A stretch of DNA of 64,000 bases, from NCBI GenBank assembly GCA_964496505.1, contig CAZBZV010000002.1:37179-101178 (forward strand). The letters are read 5' to 3'. A model generated the notes under the pieces. That model had not been told where the DNA came from, made no database searches, and worked only from the letters and a program-made list of their open reading frames with translations. A program made the translations under genes and the position numbers. This stretch comes from an uncultured Ignavibacteria bacterium (lineage in GTDB: Bacteria; Zixibacteria; MSB-5A5; JAABVY01). How positions within the stretch are numbered: position 1 is the first letter of the stretch; every line of letters begins with the position of its first letter. Below, one piece after another: positions 38,219 to 46,385 of this stretch.

Positions 38219-40351
38219 GTGAAAATGATAGAAAAGATTATTAAATTTACATTTATGGCAGTCATGCTTGTCGCTTTCGCATTCATTGCCGGCTGCGGAG
38301 ATGACATCGCCTCTTCCGGCGATGATGGCGGCGGCGATCCGGCATCAATTGAGAGAATCATATCGCTCTCATCATCGCCATCGGAAATATCCTTTGGTGC
38401 GGAGAGCACCGTATCTGGCCTGGTTGTCGACAGCGCCAATGCTGGTATTCAGGGCCGACAGGTAGTTCTGAGTGTTTTACCGGAAACTGCCGGATATTTT
38501 ATTCCGGCTGCGGTTACCTCCGGTACAGACGGCGGCTTTGAAGCAACATTCTATCCGCTGGATACAGGTTCTGTTGAGATCTGGGCAATGATTTCATCCT
38601 CACAGGTTTCAGCCAGTCTGACAACACAAGTTGTGGCCGGTGAGGACCTTCAGACAGGAGAATGGAGATTCAATTTCGGCGCAGTTCCCGATTTTACGCT
38701 GGCGGATGGGGATGATGTCAGCACTGTTACAGCCGAGATTCTCGATCCGGATGGAAATCCGGTGCCGGATGGAATAGAGGTCAGACTGGAAGCCGGCGAG
38801 CGCTTTAATGATGTTGACGGTAATGGATATTTTACAGAAAATGTGGATCAGGTACTGGTCGATATCAACGGCAATGAGATCTGGGATCGAGTGGGTTCTG
38901 TACCTTCTGCGGTTACCACCTCCGGCGGCCAGATTCAATTTGAATATACTGCCGGTACAATTTCCGGTCTTATATATATTCGCGCCACGCTTTTTGATAA
39001 TGGAGAAGCGAATTCCGGGGAATTTCCCATGGTGCTCAGACCCGGTAACGAGATAGCCTCGATTGCCCTGACCACCGATCGTTCCGAAATTCAGGTCAAG
39101 GCCACGGGCGGAATCGAATTCGCCAACCTGACTGCGGTCTGCTTTGATGCCTACGGAAACAAAGTTCAGAGCGAACTTCCGGTCGATTTCTTCTTTGTCT
39201 ACGGTCCGGGAGGCGGCGAGCGCTTTACGATCTCGGAGTACGATTCCACTCAAACCTCGCCGGACACATTAACCGCATATACCAATGTCGTTGGCGAGGC
39301 CACGGCGACGGTATTTTCCGGCATCAAATCCGGCACGGTTATGATTCAGGCCGAGAGCGGAGATATTCTCTCCAATGCAACTTTGATCAATATCAATGCC
39401 GGCCCGGCCTATGAAATGTCGGTCGGCGTCAATCCCTGTAATATCAGAGGCTGGGATGTGGTCAACGAGCAGGCCAATGTCGTTGCGATGGTTAATGATA
39501 TTTACGGCAACCCGGTCATGGATTCCACAGAGGTATTTTTCTGGACCGATGAGGGTATGGTTACGGCCGCTTCGATAACAGAATCCGGCCTCGGTGAAGC
39601 AGTTTACAGCTCGGGCGATCCGCGTGGAGACGGCCTGGCGATTATTCGCGCAGAGACAGCCGGCGGTACTGTGGTCGATTCCACAATCCTGATAGTCTCC
39701 GGTCCGGCTTACACGATTACCGCTTACGGCTATGCCCTTGAGCTTAATGCAAATGGTGAGGATTATACCGATATATGGGTGGATGCCAGGGATGTCAACG
39801 ATAACTTTATGACTGATGGAACCCCGGTTGAAATCCTGTTCAACGACGGAACTACATTAAACGGCAATCTTTCCGACGGCTGCTACAGTTCGTTGGAGAG
39901 AATCCGTTACAAATCAACGACTTTGACCCGCGACTATGTCTACTCGGTGCCGGACAACGGTATCGGAAGATATCTCGAGGGTTATGCTCAGGCCGGCGGC
40001 GTGATGGGTCCGTCTGATGGCATTTCCATTATACTGCATACCGGACCGGCCAATACCGAGCGTTCCGAGGTCAGAGTCAGCTCGACCGCGGCTCCCGGTT
40101 CCACTGAGCCGGTTGATGTGGTCATTATGGATCGCGCCGGAAATCCGCTGGGCGGTCATCTGCTGGAGGCCAGCGCCAATCTTGGTACATTGAGTCCCGC
40201 CAGTGCCACCACCAATGCCTACGGTGAGGCGTCATTTATCTATACCGCACCGGGATCGATCGGTAATGATTATATTACTATTTCCGATCAGGATCCGGGT
40301 TACGGCGGGATTGTTATGACCAAGAAGATCAAGGTTGATATTACAGACTAA
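38219..40351 (+). CDS. Large lipoprotein with repeated bacterial Ig-like (Big/invasin-like) domains
   Basis: The lipobox reads FIAGC|GDD. Repeated beta-rich segments resemble Big_1 domains. Confidence 0.45.
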   Translation: MKMIEKIIKFTFMAVMLVAFAFIAGCGDDIASSGDDGGGDPASIERIISLSSSPSEISFGAESTVSGLVVDSANAGIQGRQVVLSVLPETAGYFIPAAVTSGTDGGFEATFYPLDTGSVEIWAMISSSQVSASLTTQVVAGEDLQTGEWRFNFGAVPDFTLADGDDVSTVTAEILDPDGNPVPDGIEVRLEAGERFNDVDGNGYFTENVDQVLVDINGNEIWDRVGSVPSAVTTSGGQIQFEYTAGTISGLIYIRATLFDNGEANSGEFPMVLRPGNEIASIALTTDRSEIQVKATGGIEFANLTAVCFDAYGNKVQSELPVDFFFVYGPGGGERFTISEYDSTQTSPDTLTAYTNVVGEATATVFSGIKSGTVMIQAESGDILSNATLININAGPAYEMSVGVNPCNIRGWDVVNEQANVVAMVNDIYGNPVMDSTEVFFWTDEGMVTAASITESGLGEAVYSSGDPRGDGLAIIRAETAGGTVVDSTILIVSGPAYTITAYGYALELNANGEDYTDIWVDARDVNDNFMTDGTPVEILFNDGTTLNGNLSDGCYSSLERIRYKSTTLTRDYVYSVPDNGIGRYLEGYAQAGGVMGPSDGISIILHTGPANTERSEVRVSSTAAPGSTEPVDVVIMDRAGNPLGGHLLEASANLGTLSPASATTNAYGEASFIYTAPGSIGNDYITISDQDPGYGGIVMTKKIKVDITD

Positions 40352-40392
40352 CACGGTCGTTACGCATACAGGCAGAGTTGAAAGAGCCGTCC

Positions 40393-40423
40393 TTTCGGAC
40401 GGCTCTTTTTTTGTGTGGCATGC
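40393..40423 (+). terminator. Rho-independent terminator
   Basis: The hairpin AGAGCCGTCC-tttc-GGACGGCTCT is followed by TTTTTTT. Confidence 0.65.
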
Positions 40424-40545
40424 TGATCCAATTACTAAAAGTGTTACCTATGTAATGAGCCATTTGAGTTGCCTATGTTCCAAGACATACAACATACAGT
40501 GCCCGGAATGAATCCGCCCGTCAGGTTGGGTGCAAAGTGTTGTTT

Positions 40546-41301
40546 TTACCTGCTATTCCAGTTCTGGAGAATGCATTCTGCATGATATTCATGCATGACT
40601 ATTCCGCTTAGTCTAACCAGTTTTTCCTCGCGTGATAATTCATCTGAATTGACTATTTTGTTGATCTCTTTTAGCCATTTCTGAGCATTGCTTAAATATA
40701 TTTGCCCTCCTTTACCTCCAAGTATGATTAGATTTCCACTTCCAACGGCCTTTTTCAGTCTAATAGTTTCCTTTATTAGCACGCTATCTTGATGTTGCTT
40801 TTCCCATTCTAATTCTCGTTCGGTCTTTGGAGGTTCAAATAAAATCCATTCTGGCCCTATGAGATTTTTAAACTTCACTGAAAATCTTTTGCGATCATCT
40901 AAATAGGCAGAATCCACAAGATCGCCTCGTCTATCATTGAAGAAATCAAGCATTAGATTTATAGCTGAATCATAACCGACTTGCTTGTACGCTATTGCAA
41001 ATGAATCCAATGACATTCTTACCATACCATATTTTGTATCGGGATCGATATCCATAGGTGTTTCAAGGTCTTTAATTTTAGATAACCATATATAATTATT
41101 GATTTTCAAGGTGTCACTTTCAACATTAATCTCATAAGGCGGCTCAAGCAGTCTGCCGTTCAGGATTATTCTGCCCGATCCTTCCTGTAAATCCGCAGAA
41201 TCCGGCTCATGGTATTTTTTCTTTTCGCTGGCTTGCGAATACCCGGATAGATATCCAAGCATCAAAAGAATCAGCACAAAAATAATCGTGCTTCTTTTCA
41301 T
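40546..41301 (-). CDS. Secreted hypothetical protein
   Basis: The signal peptide is MKRSTIIFVLILLMLGYLSGYSQA. An RBS GGGAGGG lies upstream of the chosen ATG. No domain was recognised. Confidence 0.4.
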   Translation of the reverse strand: MKRSTIIFVLILLMLGYLSGYSQASEKKKYHEPDSADLQEGSGRIILNGRLLEPPYEINVESDTLKINNYIWLSKIKDLETPMDIDPDTKYGMVRMSLDSFAIAYKQVGYDSAINLMLDFFNDRRGDLVDSAYLDDRKRFSVKFKNLIGPEWILFEPPKTERELEWEKQHQDSVLIKETIRLKKAVGSGNLIILGGKGGQIYLSNAQKWLKEINKIVNSDELSREEKLVRLSGIVMHEYHAECILQNWNSR

Positions 41302-41353
41302 TATCCCTCCCATGATTAAAGATTCAATCCAATAACTATACCATTCCAAAGGC

Positions 41354-41430
41354 GAATTATTCGCGATGTCTATGCGATAATGGTGTTATTAATCTATTTA
41401 CGATTGAGACAGGATTTTGTCAATCATAAA
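41354..41430. repeat. Conserved upstream region, copy 1. It shares about 80% identity with 42258..42335.
   Basis: The shared sequence is GAATTATTCsCGATGTCTATGCGATrATGGTGT...ATCTATTwACGA..TTTGTCAA. Confidence 0.6.
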
Positions 41431-41435
41431 ATTGA

Positions 41436-42200
41436 TTAATTTTTGGAATCATATTCATTTTGCCCGTCCCTTGGTTTAAATTTACTATTCCAGATTCCAA
41501 CCTTATATTTATAGAGTTCAGAACTATTATGTAATTGCGTGATAATTTTAGCTATGGATATGCTATCAGGTGCCACTCTTATGCTGTCTATGATCCCTTG
41601 AATGCAAATGGTCTGCCCAAATAGCGGAAGTTCGTCACTGCCTCCCTTTGGATAGAGCCTTTCCTCAATGTCGGGCGGATAGTTGATTTGAAAATCAGGA
41701 AAATCAGTTCTCTGCGCGAAGCGTCTATTTGATCGTTCATATTCTTCAACCGGATTGAAAGGTCGCGAGCCGTCAAGAATCAACTGATATTCACCGGGCG
41801 GAAGGTCCGAAAAAATATAACGCCCAAGCGAATCAGTTATTCCAACAGCAACGCGATAATCATTATAGAAAAATATTCGAGGTACAATTATGATAACTCC
41901 ATTGGCAGTATCAAGAGGGCCATCTAATGCATGACCAATTTCCCTCTCTACCATTCTCGGCAAATTACTATTTCCAAGAAGTGAATCAGGAAAAGAAGTC
42001 GCGATAGTTCTTGATACATCATTCGGGATTTTATTCAATATTAGTTTAAGTCCGGTCTCATAGGGCGGAGGTGTGCAGCCGCGAGCCACCACCATAACAT
42101 CTCCGGTTTTTGCGTCCTGCAGACTGGCATCCTCATCATTGGCAAGACATAATGCAGATATCAATATTATTGTAATGACAAAAATCGCCTTATTTCTCAT
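41436..42200 (-). CDS. Secreted protein with a carboxypeptidase-regulatory-like beta-sandwich domain
   Basis: A signal peptide is present. The DLPPGEYQLIL motif is typical of CarboxypepD_reg-like folds. Confidence 0.4.
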   Translation of the reverse strand: MRNKAIFVITIILISALCLANDEDASLQDAKTGDVMVVARGCTPPPYETGLKLILNKIPNDVSRTIATSFPDSLLGNSNLPRMVEREIGHALDGPLDTANGVIIIVPRIFFYNDYRVAVGITDSLGRYIFSDLPPGEYQLILDGSRPFNPVEEYERSNRRFAQRTDFPDFQINYPPDIEERLYPKGGSDELPLFGQTICIQGIIDSIRVAPDSISIAKIITQLHNSSELYKYKVGIWNSKFKPRDGQNEYDSKN

Positions 42201-42257
42201 TTTACCTCCAATAAATTAGATTGATTTCTTTTCTATATACCTTACAGCTATATCACC

Positions 42258-42335
42258 GAATTATTCCCCGATGTCTATGCGATGATGGTGTATACAATCT
42301 ATTAACGAATTAGACGCAAATTTGTCAAACATAAT
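42258..42335. repeat. Conserved upstream region, copy 2, paired with 41354..41430
   Basis: The same motif block lies immediately upstream of the 41436..42200 gene. Confidence 0.6.
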
Positions 42336-42382
42336 CTTGCTATTTTAGGCAGATTATAAATATCTTGTTATACGCATAAAAT

Positions 42383-42449
42383 GCGGGCGCGGCGTTTGTC
42401 CTCATGCGCCGCGTGATCTGGGCACACCAGGAGGTACGCCTAGCACGAG
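42383..42449. repeat. Direct repeat, copy A, flanking yjbQ-mtnA. It includes the hairpin GCGGCG...CGCCGC and the block GCACCAGGAGGTACGC.
   Basis: The unit is about 65 bp and roughly 80% identical to 43943..44006. Confidence 0.65.
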
Positions 42450-42485
42450 TTATAAAAACGTATCAAGCAGGGGAGAGGTGTTAGT

Positions 42486-42902
42486 ATGGTTCAGAATTTT
42501 GGAATTAAGCTCGAAACAGATGGGATATGTGATATACTCGATATCACCTCCAGGGTGGAGGAATCGATTCAGCAAAGCGGAATTACCAATGGCCTGGTGA
42601 ATATCTTCTGTCCCGGTTCGACTGGCGGAATCACCACAATCGAATACGAGCCGGGTCTCCAGAAAGACCTTCCGGAATTTATGGAGAAGATCATACCCTC
42701 AAACCGTTCCTATGAACATGACAAGACCTGGGGGGATGGCAACGGCTTCTCGCATTTGCGTTCAGCCCTGATCGGGCCTTCCCTGACCGCGCCGGTTGTC
42801 TCCGGCAAACTGCGGCACGGTACCTGGCAGCAGATAGTATTTCTCGATTTTGATAACAAATCCCGCACCCGTGAACTCGTAATTACAGTAATGGGAGAAT
42901 AG
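42486..42902 (+). CDS. yjbQ: YjbQ/UPF0047 family protein
   Basis: The protein is 138 aa. The motifs CPGSTGGITTIEYEPGL and LIGPSLTAPVVSGKLRHGTWQQIVFLDFD are typical of UPF0047. Confidence 0.7.
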   Translation: MVQNFGIKLETDGICDILDITSRVEESIQQSGITNGLVNIFCPGSTGGITTIEYEPGLQKDLPEFMEKIIPSNRSYEHDKTWGDGNGFSHLRSALIGPSLTAPVVSGKLRHGTWQQIVFLDFDNKSRTRELVITVMGE

Positions 42903-42904
42903 AG

Positions 42905-43900
42905 ATGAATTTCTACACACTAAAATTCGAGGATAAAAAGCTGGTCCTTCTGGATCAAACCCTTCTACCCGGCAAAGAGGTCTATCTGGATTTGACCGAT
43001 TACCGCGATATTATCGAGGCGATCAAGATGCTGAGGGTACGCGGCGCTCCGGCAATCGGAGTGGCGGCGGCTTATGGATGTGTGGTGGCCTGCCAGAATG
43101 CCGATGATTTCGAGACCATGATGAAATATCTGGATGAAATCCGCGCCGCCCGTCCAACCGCTGTAAATCTGGCCTGGGCGGTGGATCAGATGAAGGAGAT
43201 AGCTAATTCGAATAAGGATAAGAGCTTAGATCAAATTCGGGAGCTGTTTCTGGAAAAGGCTCAGCAGATTCATAAAAATGATGAGGAGATGTGCCGCAAG
43301 ATGGGTGAAAACGGCGCTGAGCTTATAAAAGACGGCATGTCGATTCTGACCCACTGTAATGCCGGCGCTCTGGCCACCGCCGGAATCGGCACCGCCTTGT
43401 CGGTTATGTATGTTGCCGCCCGGCAGGGCAAAAAGATCAAGGTTTATGCCGACGAAACCCGTCCCCTTCTACAGGGAGCGCGTCTGACCACATGGGAGCT
43501 GATGCAGGAAAATATTGATGTTACCTTAAATACAGATAATATGGCCGCCAGCCTGATGAAAAAGGGGATGATCGACTGCGTGATAACGGGGGCAGATCGG
43601 GTTACCAAGAATTTCGATGTGATAAATAAGATCGGTACCTATGGTGTGGCGGTTCTGGCCAAACACCATAATATACCGTTTTATGTGGCGATACCGTGGT
43701 CTACATACGACGAAAACACGCCCACGGGTGAGGATGTGGAAATCGAGATGCGTTCCCCGGAGGAGGTAACCGACTGGAGCGGTGTGAAAACCGCCCCGGA
43801 TGGAATTAAGGTATATTCTCCGGCTTTTGATGTTACGCCGCATGAGCTGGTTACAGCGATTATCACCGATACTGAGATTGTATATCCGAATAAGAAATGA
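42905..43900 (+). CDS. mtnA: S-methyl-5-thioribose-1-phosphate isomerase of the eIF-2B alpha/beta/delta family
   Basis: The protein is 331 aa. Family-like segments include GAPAIGVAAAYG, a C-x-x-GADR region (CVITGADRV) and a conserved Asp region. MtnA cannot be separated from an e2B2-like paralog by eye. Confidence 0.6.
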   Translation: MNFYTLKFEDKKLVLLDQTLLPGKEVYLDLTDYRDIIEAIKMLRVRGAPAIGVAAAYGCVVACQNADDFETMMKYLDEIRAARPTAVNLAWAVDQMKEIANSNKDKSLDQIRELFLEKAQQIHKNDEEMCRKMGENGAELIKDGMSILTHCNAGALATAGIGTALSVMYVAARQGKKIKVYADETRPLLQGARLTTWELMQENIDVTLNTDNMAASLMKKGMIDCVITGADRVTKNFDVINKIGTYGVAVLAKHHNIPFYVAIPWSTYDENTPTGEDVEIEMRSPEEVTDWSGVKTAPDGIKVYSPAFDVTPHELVTAIITDTEIVYPNKK

Positions 43901-43942
43901 TTGCGATATCGTGACGCGTTTTTAGGTAGCAACAAAAGGATC

Positions 43943-44006
43943 GTGCGCGGCGTATGTCCTCATGCGACGCGACAGACAGTGCACCAGGAGGTACGCGCTG
44001 CAGAAC
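43943..44006. repeat. Direct repeat, copy B, paired with 42383..42449
   Basis: It has the same hairpin and the same GCACCAGGAGGTACGC block. It lies between the mtnA stop and the arsR 3' end. Confidence 0.65.
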
Positions 44007-44009
44007 TGA

Positions 44010-44306
44010 TTAGAGTTTAAAGCCCTTAAGGCTTTCGAAAGAGCCGAAATAGCTCTTTAGAAAGGACTTCAGGGCATCATTATCGAGGCTGTATATTTTC
44101 TGTTGATCCTGCTTTTTGGCTTTTATCAGGCCGGAAGATTTTAAGGCCGATAGGTGCCGTGAAATAGTCGGCTGCGAGAGGCTGAAATAGTCCACGATTT
44201 CTGTTACTGATCTATCGCCCGCCTCCAGAATTTTAAGAATCTGCAGACGTGTAGGATCGGACAGAGCCTTGAAAACCGCCTCATGCTGTTCGATATCATC
44301 TATCAT
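44010..44306 (-). CDS. ArsR/SmtB-family HTH transcriptional regulator
   Basis: The helix-turn-helix reads LSDPTRLQILKILEAGDRSVTEIVDYFSLSQPTISRHLSALK. The protein is 98 aa. Confidence 0.8.
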   Translation of the reverse strand: MIDDIEQHEAVFKALSDPTRLQILKILEAGDRSVTEIVDYFSLSQPTISRHLSALKSSGLIKAKKQDQQKIYSLDNDALKSFLKSYFGSFESLKGFKL

Positions 44307-44321
44307 TTATCCTCCTGTTAT

Positions 44322-44332
44322 ACGCATATGCG
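44322..44332. promoter_or_regulatory. Palindrome ACGCATATGCG immediately upstream of arsR, proposed as an operator. Similar sites lie at 42372..42385 and 45831..45846.
   Basis: It is a perfect palindrome 16 bp from the arsR start codon. The three sites share a CGCAT-n-ATGCG core. Confidence 0.35.
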
Positions 44333-44845
44333 CAAATATGTATATATTATCGGAGGCTGGATGTCAATACTTAATATGCGGTCTTTTTTGAAATATATAA
44401 TGAACGATTGCAGGTGTTCTAATGTCGATTATATGATTTAATTTTTGCATAATTTAGCTTGGCAAATGATAGGTTTTTGTATAAATTGCAGGGATTTATT
44501 TTGAAGATATTGTGTAGAATCACAATTGATGGTGGTGTTGCAAACAGACATATTTTGCGATATTAAATGATTTTTCCCGGTCCGAATTCATATGGGTCCC
44601 GGCTTTATAGAAAAAGTGTTGAATAGATAAAAATCCCTTTGGACAGTCATTCTAAGGTAATGTAGTGACCGAAGAATCTCTCGCAAATTAAACAGATTCT
44701 TCGCTTCGCCCAGAATGAGAGTTGTAACCTTCAGACTTTTTCATTGAGTTCGAGGCGTAATTGGGGCAGGCTGAACGACTTCGGAAATCGGAAAAAAATA
44801 GTAAATTATTATATGTACATACATGCATTTATGAAAGGAGAAATA

Positions 44846-45772
44846 ATGAGAAAGGCGTTTTTGTTGGCCTTATTCCTGATGATTGCAACCGGTGCTCTGC
44901 TTTTGGCTCAGGAAGGCGAGATGCCGGAAGAGCAGGTAATTCCGGAAACAACAACATTTTATTTTGGCCAGGGGCTTGAAAATGATGTCCTCATGGTAAA
45001 ATCGCTGGCTATTTTCGACAGCCGCGCGCCGCTTGGCTCAGTTGTCGGGCTGGTCCGTGGAATGACGGGCGAAATGACGATTTGGCTGGATTCCATTAAG
45101 TTGGTTGAAGTTGCTGCACCTGAGCCTGTTGAAGAGGAAGCCGAAGCCGATACCATGCAGGCTGAAGAAGCCGATACGATGGCAGCGGCTGAGGGCGAGG
45201 AGATGGCTGCCGAGGAGCCAGTCGAGGAAGAACCTGAGGAGGATGCCGATACAGTGCGTATGGAAGCGGCTCCTATCGTGGTTCCTCCCAGCGGATATAC
45301 ACAGCCGGTTATGGTTATGGAGATTCCGCTTGAAAATCTCACTACCGGCAGTTCTCACCTGGATTCACTTCTGAAATCCGAGGAATATCTTAATGTAGCC
45401 GAATATCCGACAGCGACTTTCGTTCTGACTAATGTCAGCGATCCATCGGAATTCAAACTGGAGGATATGCGTGAAGTCAGCCTGATTGCAACGGGTGAGT
45501 TGACTATGAACGGTCTCTCCAAGAGCTATGCCAATATTCGAACATTTGTTACATACATAGAAGAAAAGCCGATTACGGAGAATAATACCGGTATGACCGG
45601 CGATCTTATTCATATTACCGCCGAATTTACGATTTCCCTTTCCGATTTCGCAGTCGCTATCGAGCCGGATAATCTGCTGACTATGGATGACAAGGTTACC
45701 TTAATGTTTGACGGTTTCGGTTCCACCAATCAGATAACCGCCTCCGCTACTCAAGAGACCGAATCCGAGTAA
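44846..45772 (+). CDS. Secreted YceI-like domain protein with an acidic Glu/Ala-rich linker
   Basis: An RBS AGGAG lies 6 nt before ATG 44846. The signal peptide is MRKAFLLALFLMIATGALLLA. The C-terminal LKSEEYLNVAEYPTATFVL resembles the YceI motif. The ORF-track start at 44744 is probably too early. Confidence 0.5.
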   Translation: MRKAFLLALFLMIATGALLLAQEGEMPEEQVIPETTTFYFGQGLENDVLMVKSLAIFDSRAPLGSVVGLVRGMTGEMTIWLDSIKLVEVAAPEPVEEEAEADTMQAEEADTMAAAEGEEMAAEEPVEEEPEEDADTVRMEAAPIVVPPSGYTQPVMVMEIPLENLTTGSSHLDSLLKSEEYLNVAEYPTATFVLTNVSDPSEFKLEDMREVSLIATGELTMNGLSKSYANIRTFVTYIEEKPITENNTGMTGDLIHITAEFTISLSDFAVAIEPDNLLTMDDKVTLMFDGFGSTNQITASATQETESE

Positions 45773-45789
45773 AATAAATATTTTGTAAA

Positions 45790-45824
45790 CGGCCGGGCGA
45801 AATCAGCCCGGCTGTTTTCTTTTA
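45790..45824 (+). terminator. Rho-independent terminator
   Basis: The hairpin GGCCGGGC-gaaatca-GCCCGGC is followed by TGTTTTCTTTT. Confidence 0.55.
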
Positions 45825-46089
45825 TCATGAATGCGCATATGCGCATAATGGTATACAATGCCCTGGCCTTCTCCGGGATTCCCTGGGAATGACATGTATC
45901 GAATCTTATCTCTTAATCGGTGACTTTTTCAACATGCTCTGCGGAAAGGGTGGATAGAATTAATTGGCAGGACCGGTTTTTCGGCAGTTTATTTATGTAT
46001 GAAAAAAAGCCGGATTTTTGTGAAAACAGTTCCGGATTGTCCGAAACAGGTCTGAATTCAAAAAAAATGAAAATATATTAAAAAAGTCT

Positions 46090-46117
46090 TGACATATTTT
46101 GGAATGGCATTATAATG
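46090..46117 (+). promoter_or_regulatory. Consensus sigma-70-like promoter, TTGACA-16 bp-TATAAT, about 270 bp upstream of the 46386 gene
   Basis: Both hexamers match the consensus exactly. The host sigma specificity is unknown. Confidence 0.4.
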
Positions 46118-46385
46118 GAGGCGTCTAGGGAAACGCAGTTTTTCAAAGCTTTTACGCGCATTCAACTTTTACTCGTCTCTATTAAGTAATAAGAATACCA
46201 TATTGGGAAATATCATTGTTTTTATTGGCTTATCCTCATTAAACAAATTTGCCCATTACATCAAGTAACATTTGGTGCTTAGGATTATTAAGCTGCCAAT
46301 TTACCTTTGAGGGGGGAATCTTGAAACTTGTTTTCAGGATTAGCAAAGTTGGTGGTTTAAATCAAAACTTTGAAGGAGCATTGTA

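Noticed and set aside
42383-44006. Considered whether the yjbQ-mtnA block is an integrated mobile element
   Set aside because: No integrase, transposase or tRNA attachment site is present. The flanking repeats are direct, not inverted. It is kept only as a repeat-flanked cassette observation.
44744-44845. ORF-track N-terminal extension of the YceI-like gene (MSSRRNWGRLNDFGNRKK...)
   Set aside because: The extension has no RBS and lies in the promoter region. A good AGGAG RBS precedes the internal Met, which is followed by a canonical signal peptide.
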